Below are positions 52,677-62,318 of a stretch of 64,000 nucleotides of DNA, one piece after another (the first letter of the stretch is position 1; the number at the start of each line of letters is the position of its first letter). The notes beneath the pieces were generated by a model that was given only the letters and a program-made list of their open reading frames with translations, was not told the origin of the DNA and ran no database searches. Both the position numbers and the translations under genes were made by a program. Origin of the DNA: an uncultured bacterium (GTDB taxonomy: Bacteria; Fidelibacterota; Marinisomatia; Marinisomatales; UBA1611); assembly GCA_965660855.1 (NCBI GenBank), contig CBFIBM010000002.1:64973-128972 (forward strand), in the 5' to 3' direction.

Positions 52677-54047
52677 ATGCAAGAATTAAACTTAGATATT
52701 TTTAGAGAATATGATATAAGAGGAAATGTGGATGATGATTTTCCAGATCATATAGTAATTAAACTTGGGAGAGCTTTTGGCACTATTATCAAAAGAAAAG
52801 GGGGGCAAGAATTAGCAATTAGTGGAGATATTAGAAGTTCAACTCCCAATTTAATTAATTGTTTTAAGAAAGGCGTTTTGGATACGGGTATAGATATAAT
52901 TAACCTAGGGATTATACCCACTCCTGTAAATTATTTTTCTATGTTTGAACTAGATGTTTTTGCAGCTGTTCAAATCACTGGTAGTCATAATCCACCTGAG
53001 TATAATGGATTTAAATTTTCTTTAGATAAAAAACCATTTTTTGGGGATGAAATTCAAACCTTATATAATATTATAAAGAATAATGATTATGAAAAAGGAG
53101 AAGGCTCAGAGGCACGATATAAGATTTTGAAAAAGTATCAAGATATGATTGTTGAAAAAATAAATATTAGAAAACCGATGAAGCTTGTGATGGATTGTGG
53201 TAATGCAACTGCATCAATTAATTCTCCTGAAATTTTCAGAGCACTTGGCATAGAAGTAAAAGAATTATATTGTGAACCAGATTCCACCTTTCCTAATCAC
53301 CATCCTGATCCGACAGTTGAAAAAAATTTAAAAGATCTAATTATTGAGATTAAAAAAGACCATTATGATTTAGGTATCGCATTTGATGGAGATGGAGATC
53401 GAGTTGGTGTCGTAGATGAAAATGGGAAAATAATCTGGTCTGATCAATTACTTTCGTTATTTTTACCAGAAATTATAAAAAATGGAGAAGATATTCTTTT
53501 TGATGTTAAGTGCTCTAAATCACTTGAAGATATGGTCTTAAGATATGGTGGAAATCCAATAATGTGGAAAACTGGTCATTCTTTGATAAAAGAAAAGATG
53601 CTTGAGTTAGGCTGCAAGCTTGGTGGTGAAATGAGTGGACATATATTTTTTGCAGATGATTATTTTGGTTATGATGATGCAACTTATGTAGCTGCCAGAT
53701 TAGTACAATTACTTTCAAAAACAGATAAAAAACTTTCAGAGCTTATATCAGAAATTCCAGTCTATTATTCAACACCAGAATTAAGAATGGAGGCAGAAAA
53801 TGATCGAGAGAAATTTCGTATAACAGAAGAAGCTGTAAAATATTTTTCATCTAAATATGATTGCATTACAATTGACGGAGTTAGAATAAAATTTAAAGAT
53901 GGTTGGGGTTTAGTAAGAGCATCAAATACTCAGCCAGTTATTGTATGCAGATTTGAAGCAAATAGTACTGAAAAAAAAGATGAAATCCAGAACCTTATTC
54001 TAACTAAGCTTCAGGAATTTGGTCAGTTAAAATTAGAAGAATATTAA
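52677..54047 (+). CDS. algC: Phosphomannomutase/phosphoglucomutase
   Basis: FREYDIRG, TGSHNP, DGDGDR, GEMSGH, VRASNT. Confidence 0.93.
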   Translation: MQELNLDIFREYDIRGNVDDDFPDHIVIKLGRAFGTIIKRKGGQELAISGDIRSSTPNLINCFKKGVLDTGIDIINLGIIPTPVNYFSMFELDVFAAVQITGSHNPPEYNGFKFSLDKKPFFGDEIQTLYNIIKNNDYEKGEGSEARYKILKKYQDMIVEKINIRKPMKLVMDCGNATASINSPEIFRALGIEVKELYCEPDSTFPNHHPDPTVEKNLKDLIIEIKKDHYDLGIAFDGDGDRVGVVDENGKIIWSDQLLSLFLPEIIKNGEDILFDVKCSKSLEDMVLRYGGNPIMWKTGHSLIKEKMLELGCKLGGEMSGHIFFADDYFGYDDATYVAARLVQLLSKTDKKLSELISEIPVYYSTPELRMEAENDREKFRITEEAVKYFSSKYDCITIDGVRIKFKDGWGLVRASNTQPVIVCRFEANSTEKKDEIQNLILTKLQEFGQLKLEEY

Positions 54048-55000
54048 TGATAAAATTTGATGATTTAATTCAGTTTATTAGAAATGAAGTTAATAAAAGT
54101 ATAAAAAAAATACCGATTCCAGAAGAGCCAAAGTATTTATATAATCCTATTAGATACTCTTTAAAGGGGAATGGAAAAAGATTCAGGCCAATATTAGTAC
54201 ATTTAGTTGGACGTGCAAATAAAATAGATCCAAATATAATAATGAATTTTTCTATTTCGGTTGAATTGTTACATAACTTTACATTGATACATGATGACAT
54301 CATGGATAAAGATATAATTAGGCATGGGAAAAAAACAATTCATGAAAAGTGGGATGAATCATCTGCAATCTTAGCCGGTGATGGGATTTTTGCATTATCG
54401 CAAATAATTTTGAGTAGTATAAAAAATAGCGAGTTAAGTATATATTTTAATAAGGCAACTCTAGAAATCTGCGAAGGTCAAGCTTTAGATAAAGAATTTG
54501 AAAATAATAATGAAATAACTCATAATGAATATTTAAACATGATAGATAAAAAAACTGGCGCTTTACTTTCTCTTTCTTCTATACTATGTCCTATTTATTC
54601 TGGTTTAGATGATGATATAATTTCGTTATATAATCAATATGGTAGAAATCTGGGAAAAGGGTTTCAAATTCAGGATGATTTATTGGAAATTACTTCTGAT
54701 CAAAATCAAATGGGTAAAAGCCTTGGTAGTGATTTACTTGAGGGTAAGCAGACTATAATGGTAATTAAAGCAAGAGAGAAAGACCCAGAAGGATGGCGGC
54801 AATTAATAAAATCATCTAATCCATTAAATATTATTAATAATTCCCGTGAATTTTTTATTGATAATGGGATTATTGACTTCACTAAACTTATGGCAAAATC
54901 TTATTTTAATTCTGCACGGGAGAATTTGAACCAATTAGATAATATAGAAGTAGAAGAACTTATAAAATTTACAAACTTAATAGAAAAAAGGACTTTTTGA
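54047..55000 (+). CDS. Polyprenyl (short-chain, GGPP-synthase-like) diphosphate synthase
   Basis: GKRFRP, FTLIHDDIMD, GQALD, KT, FQIQDD, GSDL.EGK. Confidence 0.9.
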   Translation: MIKFDDLIQFIRNEVNKSIKKIPIPEEPKYLYNPIRYSLKGNGKRFRPILVHLVGRANKIDPNIIMNFSISVELLHNFTLIHDDIMDKDIIRHGKKTIHEKWDESSAILAGDGIFALSQIILSSIKNSELSIYFNKATLEICEGQALDKEFENNNEITHNEYLNMIDKKTGALLSLSSILCPIYSGLDDDIISLYNQYGRNLGKGFQIQDDLLEITSDQNQMGKSLGSDLLEGKQTIMVIKAREKDPEGWRQLIKSSNPLNIINNSREFFIDNGIIDFTKLMAKSYFNSARENLNQLDNIEVEELIKFTNLIEKRTF

Positions 55001-56040
55001 TGGAAAGAAAAATATTAGATCCACAAAATATGTACAAGGCAATATGGGAATTTCCAGAAAATATGAAGGAAGCTTATGAACTTGGAAATTCAATAGTGCT
55101 AAAAAATAAATTTAATAAAATTCAAAATATTGTGATTGCTGGTATGGGAGGTTCAGCAATAGGTGGTGATGTGATGTCAGCATTAGAATCAAAAAACATT
55201 GATTTACCAGTGGTTGTATGTCGTAGTTATTCTCTACCTAGCTGGGTAAATGAAAAAACCCTTGTTCTATGTTCTTCATACTCAGGAAATACAGAAGAGA
55301 CACTTCAAGCTTTAGATGATGCTGTCAAAAAAAATGCACAAATATGTGGTATTACAACTGGTGGTAAAATAGGTATAAAAATAAAAGAATTAGGTCATGA
55401 TTTAATATTGATCCCATCTGGGTTACAACCGCGTGCTGCATTAGCCTTCTCTTTTATTCCAATGATAAAATTATTAGAAAAAATTGGTGTAATAAATCCT
55501 GATATTGATAATTGGTTAAACCCTACAATCAATAGCTTGAAAGAAGTAAGACAATTATACTCAAAGGATAATAAAAAAAATCCAGTTTATGATTTATCTC
55601 AAAGAATTTATAAAAAAATACCAATTATATACGCAGATACATCATCTCTCGGTGTTGTTGCGACACGACTTAAAGGGCAAATTTGTGAAAATTCAAAAAT
55701 GTTGGCATATCATAATGAACTTCCGGAATTAAATCATAATGAGATTGTTGGGTGGGAAAATAATTCAAAAATATTTAAATATTTACATTTAATATGGCTT
55801 AAAGATATCTCTGATAATAGTAGAACTAAAATAAGGCAGAACATTACAAGTGATATTCTAAATGAAGAAAATATAAAACAAGATTCAATTCATGTTAAAG
55901 GGAAAACATTTCAGGAGCGTTTTTTACACATGGTCCATTATGGTGATTGGTTGAGCTTTTGGTGTGCAATAAATCATGAAACGGACCCAAGTCCAGTATT
56001 TAAAATATCAAGGTTAAAGGATGAACTATCAGAAAAATGA
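54997..56040 (+). CDS. Bifunctional phosphoglucose/phosphomannose isomerase (archaeal-type PGI/PMI)
   Basis: GMGGSAIGG, SYSGNTEET, QPRAA, ENSK, PELNHNE. Confidence 0.9.
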   Translation: MMERKILDPQNMYKAIWEFPENMKEAYELGNSIVLKNKFNKIQNIVIAGMGGSAIGGDVMSALESKNIDLPVVVCRSYSLPSWVNEKTLVLCSSYSGNTEETLQALDDAVKKNAQICGITTGGKIGIKIKELGHDLILIPSGLQPRAALAFSFIPMIKLLEKIGVINPDIDNWLNPTINSLKEVRQLYSKDNKKNPVYDLSQRIYKKIPIIYADTSSLGVVATRLKGQICENSKMLAYHNELPELNHNEIVGWENNSKIFKYLHLIWLKDISDNSRTKIRQNITSDILNEENIKQDSIHVKGKTFQERFLHMVHYGDWLSFWCAINHETDPSPVFKISRLKDELSEK

Positions 56041-56591
56041 TGATACCTGTTAATGTTACTAAAATTTCATATCATTCTAAGAGCAGGAGCTATGCTGTAA
56101 TTCTAAAAGAAATTGGAGGTAGTAGGTGCCTTCCCGTTATAATTGGATCATTCGAAGCTCAATCTATCGCTCTAGCTATAGAACTGGTTAAAACACCAAG
56201 GCCACTTACCCATGATTTAATATGTGACATCATATCAGCATTGGAAGTAACATTAAAATCAGTAAACATTAGCACTTTAAATGATGGTGTCTATTTCTCA
56301 GAAATAAAGTTTAATTCTGTTGATAAAAGAGAACAAACTCTTGATGCAAGACCTAGCGATGCTATCGCAGTAGCATTAAGAATGCAAATCCCAATATTTG
56401 TTTCTAAGAAAGTTTTTGAACAATCAAATATTGATGAGGACACTTTGATAAAACAAGAATATAATAAAAACAAAGAGAGTATTAAAATTTCTATTTTAGA
56501 GCTTCAAGAAAAGTTAGATACTGCTATTGAAAAAGAAGAGTATGAATTAGCTGCAACTCTTCGAGATAAAATAAATAAATTAGAAGATTAA
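56037..56591 (+). CDS. Bifunctional nuclease family (DUF151) protein with C-terminal UVR motif
   Basis: LPVIIGSFEAQSIA, RPLTHDL, DARPSDAIAVALR, AIEKEEYELAATLRD. Confidence 0.9.
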   Translation: MMIPVNVTKISYHSKSRSYAVILKEIGGSRCLPVIIGSFEAQSIALAIELVKTPRPLTHDLICDIISALEVTLKSVNISTLNDGVYFSEIKFNSVDKREQTLDARPSDAIAVALRMQIPIFVSKKVFEQSNIDEDTLIKQEYNKNKESIKISILELQEKLDTAIEKEEYELAATLRDKINKLED

Positions 56592-57304
56592 TATTCAGCT
56601 CCAAGTTTTTCCAAGGCTTGCTGCGCAGCAATTTGTTCAGCTGTTTTTTTATTTGTTCCTATTCCAGAAGGAAAAGTCTTTGATCCTATTTTTACAACAA
56701 TTTCAAAAGTTCTCTGATGTTCTGGTCCTGTAATTGATTTTACATTAAATACAGGACTATCAATCTCCTTGGAATGACAATATTCTATTAATTTACCTTT
56801 ATAGTTTGTTGATTTCCATGCTTCATTGCGATGTGCCCAAATTGTTTTTAATATTAAATTCCTACATGGTTCAATTCCACCATCAAGATAGATTGATCCA
56901 ATCAGAGCCTCTAATAAATTTGCTGATTGTTTTTCAGCAATCTTTTGAACACTTAAATCAACACTTTTTTCAATTTTAAGGTGTTTCATCAAATCAAGCA
57001 AATATCCAATAGAGGCCAAGAATGGTTTTTGAACTAAAGCAGCTCTTTTTTGAGTTAGAAGACCTTCATCTCCTAAAGGAAATTCGCGCATTAATTCTCT
57101 ACTAATAATAATGTCTAGTACTGAATCGCCTAGAAATTCAAGTCTTTCATAGTTACCACGTGGAGATGAATCGAGTGATTTATGAGTGAATGCTTGTTTT
57201 AGATACCTCTTATCTTCAAAAATATAATTAATCTTTTTCTCAAGATCAGAAACTGGATTTGACTTACTTTTAAGATATTTTCTAAGCTTGAAAAATATTT
57301 TCAA
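56588..57304 (-). CDS. rnc: Ribonuclease III
   Basis: NYERLEFLGDSVL, EALIG, dsRBD with GPEH and KKTAEQ. Confidence 0.96.
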   Translation of the reverse strand: MKIFFKLRKYLKSKSNPVSDLEKKINYIFEDKRYLKQAFTHKSLDSSPRGNYERLEFLGDSVLDIIISRELMREFPLGDEGLLTQKRAALVQKPFLASIGYLLDLMKHLKIEKSVDLSVQKIAEKQSANLLEALIGSIYLDGGIEPCRNLILKTIWAHRNEAWKSTNYKGKLIEYCHSKEIDSPVFNVKSITGPEHQRTFEIVVKIGSKTFPSGIGTNKKTAEQIAAQQALEKLGAEY

Positions 57305-58542
57305 GCATATTTCCTAATACAGATAACAGCGTTATGCCCTCCAAATCCAAATGTATTTGATAGAAGAGAAGTTACTTCTTTTTGTTGTGCTGAGTTGGGG
57401 ACGTAGTCTAAGGTACATTCAGGATCAGGAATATCATAGTTGATAGTAGGCGGTATTATTTGTTCCATAATTGTTTTTATTGAAGCAACTGCTTCAATAC
57501 CGCCAGCAGCACCTAAAAGGTGTCCAGTCATTGATTTTGTAGAACTGACTTTAATCTTCTTGCTGTGCTCTTTGAATAATGAGATTATAGCTGCGGATTC
57601 ATTTTTATCATTGAATGGTGTAGATGTACCATGTGCATTAATATAATCAATTTGATCAAGATTTAGATTTGAATCTAGAACTGCTCTCTCCATTGCTTTT
57701 AAGGCACCAATTCCACCAATCGAGGGCTGTGTTATATGAAATGCATCATCTGTTGCACCATAGCCAGCTAATTCAGCTAGTATATTTGCTCCACGGCTCA
57801 ATGCGTGAGACTCCCTTTCAATAACAATCATTCCTGAACCTTCACCGAGAACAAATCCATCTCTAGACATCTCAAAAGGTCTACTTGCCTGTTCAGGGTT
57901 ATCATTATTTTGAGATAGAGCTTTCATATTTGCAAAGCCAGCAATTGTCAAAGGAGTAACACTAGCTTCAGTACCACCAGTTATCATGACATCCGCATCT
58001 CCGGCGAGAATGAGTCTCATTGCCATTCCAATGGCATCTGTTGCCGAAGCACACGCTGAGGTTACAGTTTGGTTAGGTCCTCGAAAGCCCCACCTTATAG
58101 AAAGATGTCCACCAGCAATATTTGAAATCATTTTAGGAACAAATTGAGGTGATACTCTACGAGCTCCTTTATTTTCAATATTTGAATGCTGTTCTTCTAA
58201 AGTCTGTATTCCGCCAACACCTGTACCAATTGTTACCCCAACACGATCAAGGTTTAGTTTTTTTGAGTCTAGCCCAGCCATTGACACAGCTTCATTAGTT
58301 GCAACAATAGCATAAGTTGAAAATGGATCTAGTTTTCTTAATTCTTTTGAATCTAAAACATTTTCAGGGTTAAAATTTTTAAGTTCCCCTGCAATTTTAA
58401 CCCTATGATTAGAAGTATTAAAATATGTAATGGGTGCTATACCGCTATTCCCACTAACAATGTTATTCCAATATTCGGTTACATTATTTCCATTTGGAGC
58501 CAGAACGCCTAGGCCTGTAATTACTATCTTATCACGACTCAT
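57301..58542 (-). CDS. fabF: Beta-ketoacyl-ACP synthase II
   Basis: SACAS, INAHGTST, GHLLGAAG, FGFGGHN. Confidence 0.96.
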   Translation of the reverse strand: MSRDKIVITGLGVLAPNGNNVTEYWNNIVSGNSGIAPITYFNTSNHRVKIAGELKNFNPENVLDSKELRKLDPFSTYAIVATNEAVSMAGLDSKKLNLDRVGVTIGTGVGGIQTLEEQHSNIENKGARRVSPQFVPKMISNIAGGHLSIRWGFRGPNQTVTSACASATDAIGMAMRLILAGDADVMITGGTEASVTPLTIAGFANMKALSQNNDNPEQASRPFEMSRDGFVLGEGSGMIVIERESHALSRGANILAELAGYGATDDAFHITQPSIGGIGALKAMERAVLDSNLNLDQIDYINAHGTSTPFNDKNESAAIISLFKEHSKKIKVSSTKSMTGHLLGAAGGIEAVASIKTIMEQIIPPTINYDIPDPECTLDYVPNSAQQKEVTSLLSNTFGFGGHNAVICIRKYA

Positions 58543-58547
58543 TATGT

Positions 58548-58778
58548 TTATTTAGTTTTCTCTATATAATCAACAGCAGAACCAACTGTTGTAATGTTTT
58601 CAGCATCTTCATCTGGGATTTCTATACCAAATTCTTCTTCAAATTCCATGATAAGTTCAACTGTATCTAGCGAATCTGCACCTAAATCATTTACAAAATG
58701 TGCTTCTGATTTAATAGAATCTTCTTCAACACCTAGTTTATCAATTATTACCTCTTTAACTTTATCAAATGTAGACAT
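58548..58778 (-). CDS. acpP: Acyl carrier protein
   Basis: [12 protein letters not shown] phosphopantetheine site. Confidence 0.98.
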   Translation of the reverse strand: MSTFDKVKEVIIDKLGVEEDSIKSEAHFVNDLGADSLDTVELIMEFEEEFGIEIPDEDAENITTVGSAVDYIEKTK

Positions 58779-58790
58779 TTATTCTCCTTA

Positions 58791-59537
58791 TTAGTTAATT
58801 ACTCTACCACCATCAACGGTGATTGTTTGTCCAGTTATGTAGTTTGCTTCATCCGAAGCAAGAAAAAGAGCCGCATAAGCTATATCTTCTGGTTTGCCAG
58901 TTCTTGCTTGTGGAATTCTTTTGAGTAGTTCATTTTTAACATTTTCTGGTAAATCTTCAGTCATCTCAGTTTCTATCCAACCTGGAGCGATACAATTTAC
59001 TGTAATTCCTCTAGTTGCGACTTCTTTTGCAATTGACTTTGTCATTCCAATTAATCCTGCTTTTGAGGCTGAATAATTTGCTTGCCCTGGATTACCAGTA
59101 AGTCCAACAATTGATGTAATATTAATCACTCTACCAGATTTATTTTTCATCATTGGGCGTATAGCTGCTTTCATACCATGAAAAGCACCCTTTAAATTTG
59201 TATCTAATACCGTATCCCATTGATCTTCATTCATTCTCATAAGCAATGCATCTCTAGTAATTCCAGCATTATTTACTAAAATATCTAATCTTTTATTTTC
59301 AGAATAAATATTTGAGATTGCATCTGAAAAAGCTTTACCATCACTTACATCACAACTTATAGATGAAGCTGAAAGACCACTGTTTTTTAATTGATTTACT
59401 AAATTTTCTATTTTTTCTTTTGAGCGAGCAATACAAACTACATGAGCTCCAGCTTCAGATAATTTTTTTGCAATAACTTCCCCAATACCTTGAGAAGCAC
59501 CCGTCACAATTGCTATTTTCCCCGATAAATTAAACAT
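58791..59537 (-). CDS. fabG: 3-oxoacyl-ACP reductase
   Basis: TGASQGIG, NNAGITRD, YSASK. Confidence 0.96.
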   Translation of the reverse strand: MFNLSGKIAIVTGASQGIGEVIAKKLSEAGAHVVCIARSKEKIENLVNQLKNSGLSASSISCDVSDGKAFSDAISNIYSENKRLDILVNNAGITRDALLMRMNEDQWDTVLDTNLKGAFHGMKAAIRPMMKNKSGRVINITSIVGLTGNPGQANYSASKAGLIGMTKSIAKEVATRGITVNCIAPGWIETEMTEDLPENVKNELLKRIPQARTGKPEDIAYAALFLASDEANYITGQTITVDGGRVIN

Positions 59538-60453
59538 TTAAATTTTCCAATTCTTGTAGAGTTCCAATATTTACTGTGTTTAATTTACGATTAATTCTTT
59601 TATTTAACCCTTTTAAAACATTCCCAGGTCCAATTTCATAAAAATTATTTATTCCAATTTTTTCCATTGACATTATACTTTTTGACCACAGTACTGGATG
59701 CTCTAATTGTTCAATTAATGATTCCTTTATTTCTTTTGTTTTAGTAACGCGTTTTGAATTAAAATTTGCATACACGGGAAATAAGGCATCAGAAATGACG
59801 CTCCTTTCAATTGCTTCTTTTAATTTTTGTCTCGCAGGTTGCATCAATGGTGAATGAAATGCTCCACTTACATTTAATTCAACGCACAGACGTGCGCCTT
59901 TTATTTTTGCTGTTTCCATGATTGAAAATACAGCTTCTTTATTTCCAGAAATTACAATTTGTCCAGGAGAATTAAAGTTTGCAGGTGTGACAACCCCTTC
60001 ACCATCATAATTATCACATAGTTCAATTATAATCTCATCTTTGATTCCAACAATAGCTGCCATAGAGCCATTCTTATATTGACCCGCCTCAGCCATACTT
60101 TCAGATCTAATTTTGACTAGTTCTAAACCAGTCCTAAAGTCAAATGATCCTGCAATTGAGAGTGCGGAATATTCACCAAGACTATGACCTGCTAGAGCAT
60201 CGGGTATAAAACCTCGCTTTAAAAGTAACTTTCCAATAATCACAGAAACAATGAAGAGAGCAGGTTGTGTATATTGTGTTTTTTTAAGTACTTCTTCAGG
60301 ACCATTAAAAATGATATTTTTTATATCAAATTTCATTATTTCATTTGAAACTTCAAAAAGTTCAAACCCTAGTTCCGTCTCTTCAAATAGATCTTTCCCC
60401 ATCCCGACTTTTTGAGATGCTTGTCCTGGGAATAACCAAGCAGTTTTATTCAT
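59530..60453 (-). CDS. fabD: Malonyl-CoA:ACP transacylase (start likely MNKTAW at 60453)
   Basis: FPGQ, TQPA, GHSLGE, VSGAFHS; TGATG coupling with fabH stop. Confidence 0.95.
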   Translation of the reverse strand: MNKTAWLFPGQASQKVGMGKDLFEETELGFELFEVSNEIMKFDIKNIIFNGPEEVLKKTQYTQPALFIVSVIIGKLLLKRGFIPDALAGHSLGEYSALSIAGSFDFRTGLELVKIRSESMAEAGQYKNGSMAAIVGIKDEIIIELCDNYDGEGVVTPANFNSPGQIVISGNKEAVFSIMETAKIKGARLCVELNVSGAFHSPLMQPARQKLKEAIERSVISDALFPVYANFNSKRVTKTKEIKESLIEQLEHPVLWSKSIMSMEKIGINNFYEIGPGNVLKGLNKRINRKLNTVNIGTLQELENLNV

Positions 60454-61448
60454 CAATTTTCCCATTTAATTAAAATACTTCCCCATGTAAATCCTGCACC
60501 AAAAGAAGATAATAAAATATAATCACCATTTTTTATTTTTCCATCATCCACTGCCTCGCTTAATGCAATTGGAATAGTTCCAGCTGTAGTATTACCATAA
60601 TTATCAATATTTATTAAAACTTTTTCTTTACTTATTCCACATTTTTCTGCGGCAGCATCAATAATTCTCTTGTTAGCTTGATGTGGAATAAATAATGCTA
60701 TATCATCACCTGTTAAGTTATTATTATGTAAAATTTCTGCGGAAACATTAGCCATTCCTCTTACTGCATATTTAAAAACCGTTTTTCCATCTTGTTTAAT
60801 ATAGTGATCTCTATTTTTAACCGAGTCCATAGATGCAGGAATTTTACTACCTCCAGCAGGAATGATTAAATATTTACCACCAGCTCCATCCATTCTTAGT
60901 ATAGAATCAATAATTCCATTATTAGTAGTACTAGGTTGCAACAGTACACCGCCACCACCATCACCAAAAATCACACATGTATCTCGATCTTCATAATCCA
61001 AAATAGATGTCATTGTATCTACACCTATAACAATTATGTTTTTATATTTTCCAGATTGAATTAATGAGGCCCCAGTTTCTAAGCCAAAAATAAAACCAGA
61101 ACAGGCCGCACTTAGATCAAAACCCCATGCATTTCTTGCATTTATATTCTTTTGAACTATTGCAGCGGTTGATGGCGTTAAATGATCAGGAGTAACAGTT
61201 CCAACAATTATAGCATCAATTTCATCAGCTTTGATACCACTTTTGTTTAGGAGTTGGTTGGCTATTTTAGTGGACATATCAGAGCTTGCTTCATCTTTAC
61301 CAACAATATGTCTCGTACTTATTCCGGTACGAGTTTTTATCCAATTATCGGAAGTGTCAACTATTTTTTCAAGATCAAAATTTGTCATGATCTTTTCTGG
61401 TACACTTCTAGAAGTTGCAACAATTTTAGCTTTTATTGGAACGCTCAA
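60453..61448 (-). CDS. fabH: Beta-ketoacyl-ACP synthase III
   Basis: AACSGF, FGDG, PHQAN, YGNT, FGAGFTWG. Confidence 0.96.
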   Translation of the reverse strand: MSVPIKAKIVATSRSVPEKIMTNFDLEKIVDTSDNWIKTRTGISTRHIVGKDEASSDMSTKIANQLLNKSGIKADEIDAIIVGTVTPDHLTPSTAAIVQKNINARNAWGFDLSAACSGFIFGLETGASLIQSGKYKNIIVIGVDTMTSILDYEDRDTCVIFGDGGGGVLLQPSTTNNGIIDSILRMDGAGGKYLIIPAGGSKIPASMDSVKNRDHYIKQDGKTVFKYAVRGMANVSAEILHNNNLTGDDIALFIPHQANKRIIDAAAEKCGISKEKVLINIDNYGNTTAGTIPIALSEAVDDGKIKNGDYILLSSFGAGFTWGSILIKWEN

Positions 61449-61512
61449 CGGTTTGACGTACTTGTTTTATTGAATAAGTTTTATGATTTTTAATTAATGG
61501 ACAATGAGTCTG

Positions 61513-61689
61513 TTAAGAAACTGAAACTACTGGACGACCTTTATAATAGCCACAATTTGGACAAGCTCTATGAGGCATTTTAGTTTGACTACATTGCGGA
61601 CAATCCGTAGTCGCAACAGATGAAGATTTGTAATGAGTCCTTCTTTTTCTACTTCGAGCTTTAGATTGTCTTTTCTTTGGTAGTGCCAT
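61513..61689 (-). CDS. rpmF: 50S ribosomal protein L32 (zinc-ribbon form; missed by ORF track)
   Basis: Manual translation MALPKKRQSKARSRKRRTHYK...CPQC...PHRACPNCGYYKGR (58 aa); AAGGAG RBS. Confidence 0.97.
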   Translation of the reverse strand: MALPKKRQSKARSRKRRTHYKSSSVATTDCPQCSQTKMPHRACPNCGYYKGRPVVSVS

Positions 61690-61704
61690 TATTTCTCCTT
61701 AATA

Positions 61705-62214
61705 CTATTTTATATTTAATTTTTTTAAATCATCCCAGACATTTGGATTATGATTTATAGTGCAAGAACACTGTTTTTCATTTTTATTTTTACCACAAAT
61801 GATACAAATGCCCATACAATTCAAACTACATAGTGGTTTTATTGGTTGAGCAAGAGCAATTATATCAGCAAAAACTATACTTAGATCAATATGAGTTTCA
61901 TTTTCTTTTAATTGTATAAAATCAAATTTATAAGATTTTTTATCGATTTTTTTATCGGAAGATAAAATGGTAAGATTAAAAGGTAAATTATGATCTACAA
62001 TTTTATCATCAAGACACCTCACACACTCATATTTGATTTTCAAAAATAGGCTGCCATAAACATTGAAATCTTTACTAGTTTTTTTTCGCGATGAAATATT
62101 ACATTTTATCGTATTATTTAAAAAACAAATATTTCTTTCGGGTAATATTCTAGGATCGAAAAGAACTGTTCTATCAGTTAAACCTAATTTTAAATCTGTT
62201 CTAGATAATTCCAT
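61705..62214 (-). CDS. yceD: YceD/DUF177 family protein
   Basis: CVRCL, PLC...C.GIC..CG, WDDLKKL; directly upstream of rpmF. Confidence 0.88.
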   Translation of the reverse strand: MELSRTDLKLGLTDRTVLFDPRILPERNICFLNNTIKCNISSRKKTSKDFNVYGSLFLKIKYECVRCLDDKIVDHNLPFNLTILSSDKKIDKKSYKFDFIQLKENETHIDLSIVFADIIALAQPIKPLCSLNCMGICIICGKNKNEKQCSCTINHNPNVWDDLKKLNIK

Positions 62215-62318
62215 TTTAGACTACAAATTTAATTATATTGAGCAGGATATCCAATATTCAAGGAGCGGACAGATGAAAGTGATTTTTCTTGCTAATTAGT
62301 TATATTTCGTAAGAATAG

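Noticed and set aside
54047..55000. Evidence for archaeal-type ether lipid synthesis
   Set aside because: The DDIMD-type prenyltransferase alone is not diagnostic; no GGGP or DGGGP synthase in the window
56588..56591. Strand switch as replication terminus or dif site
   Set aside because: No dif-like 28-mer recognised; a convergent operon junction explains it
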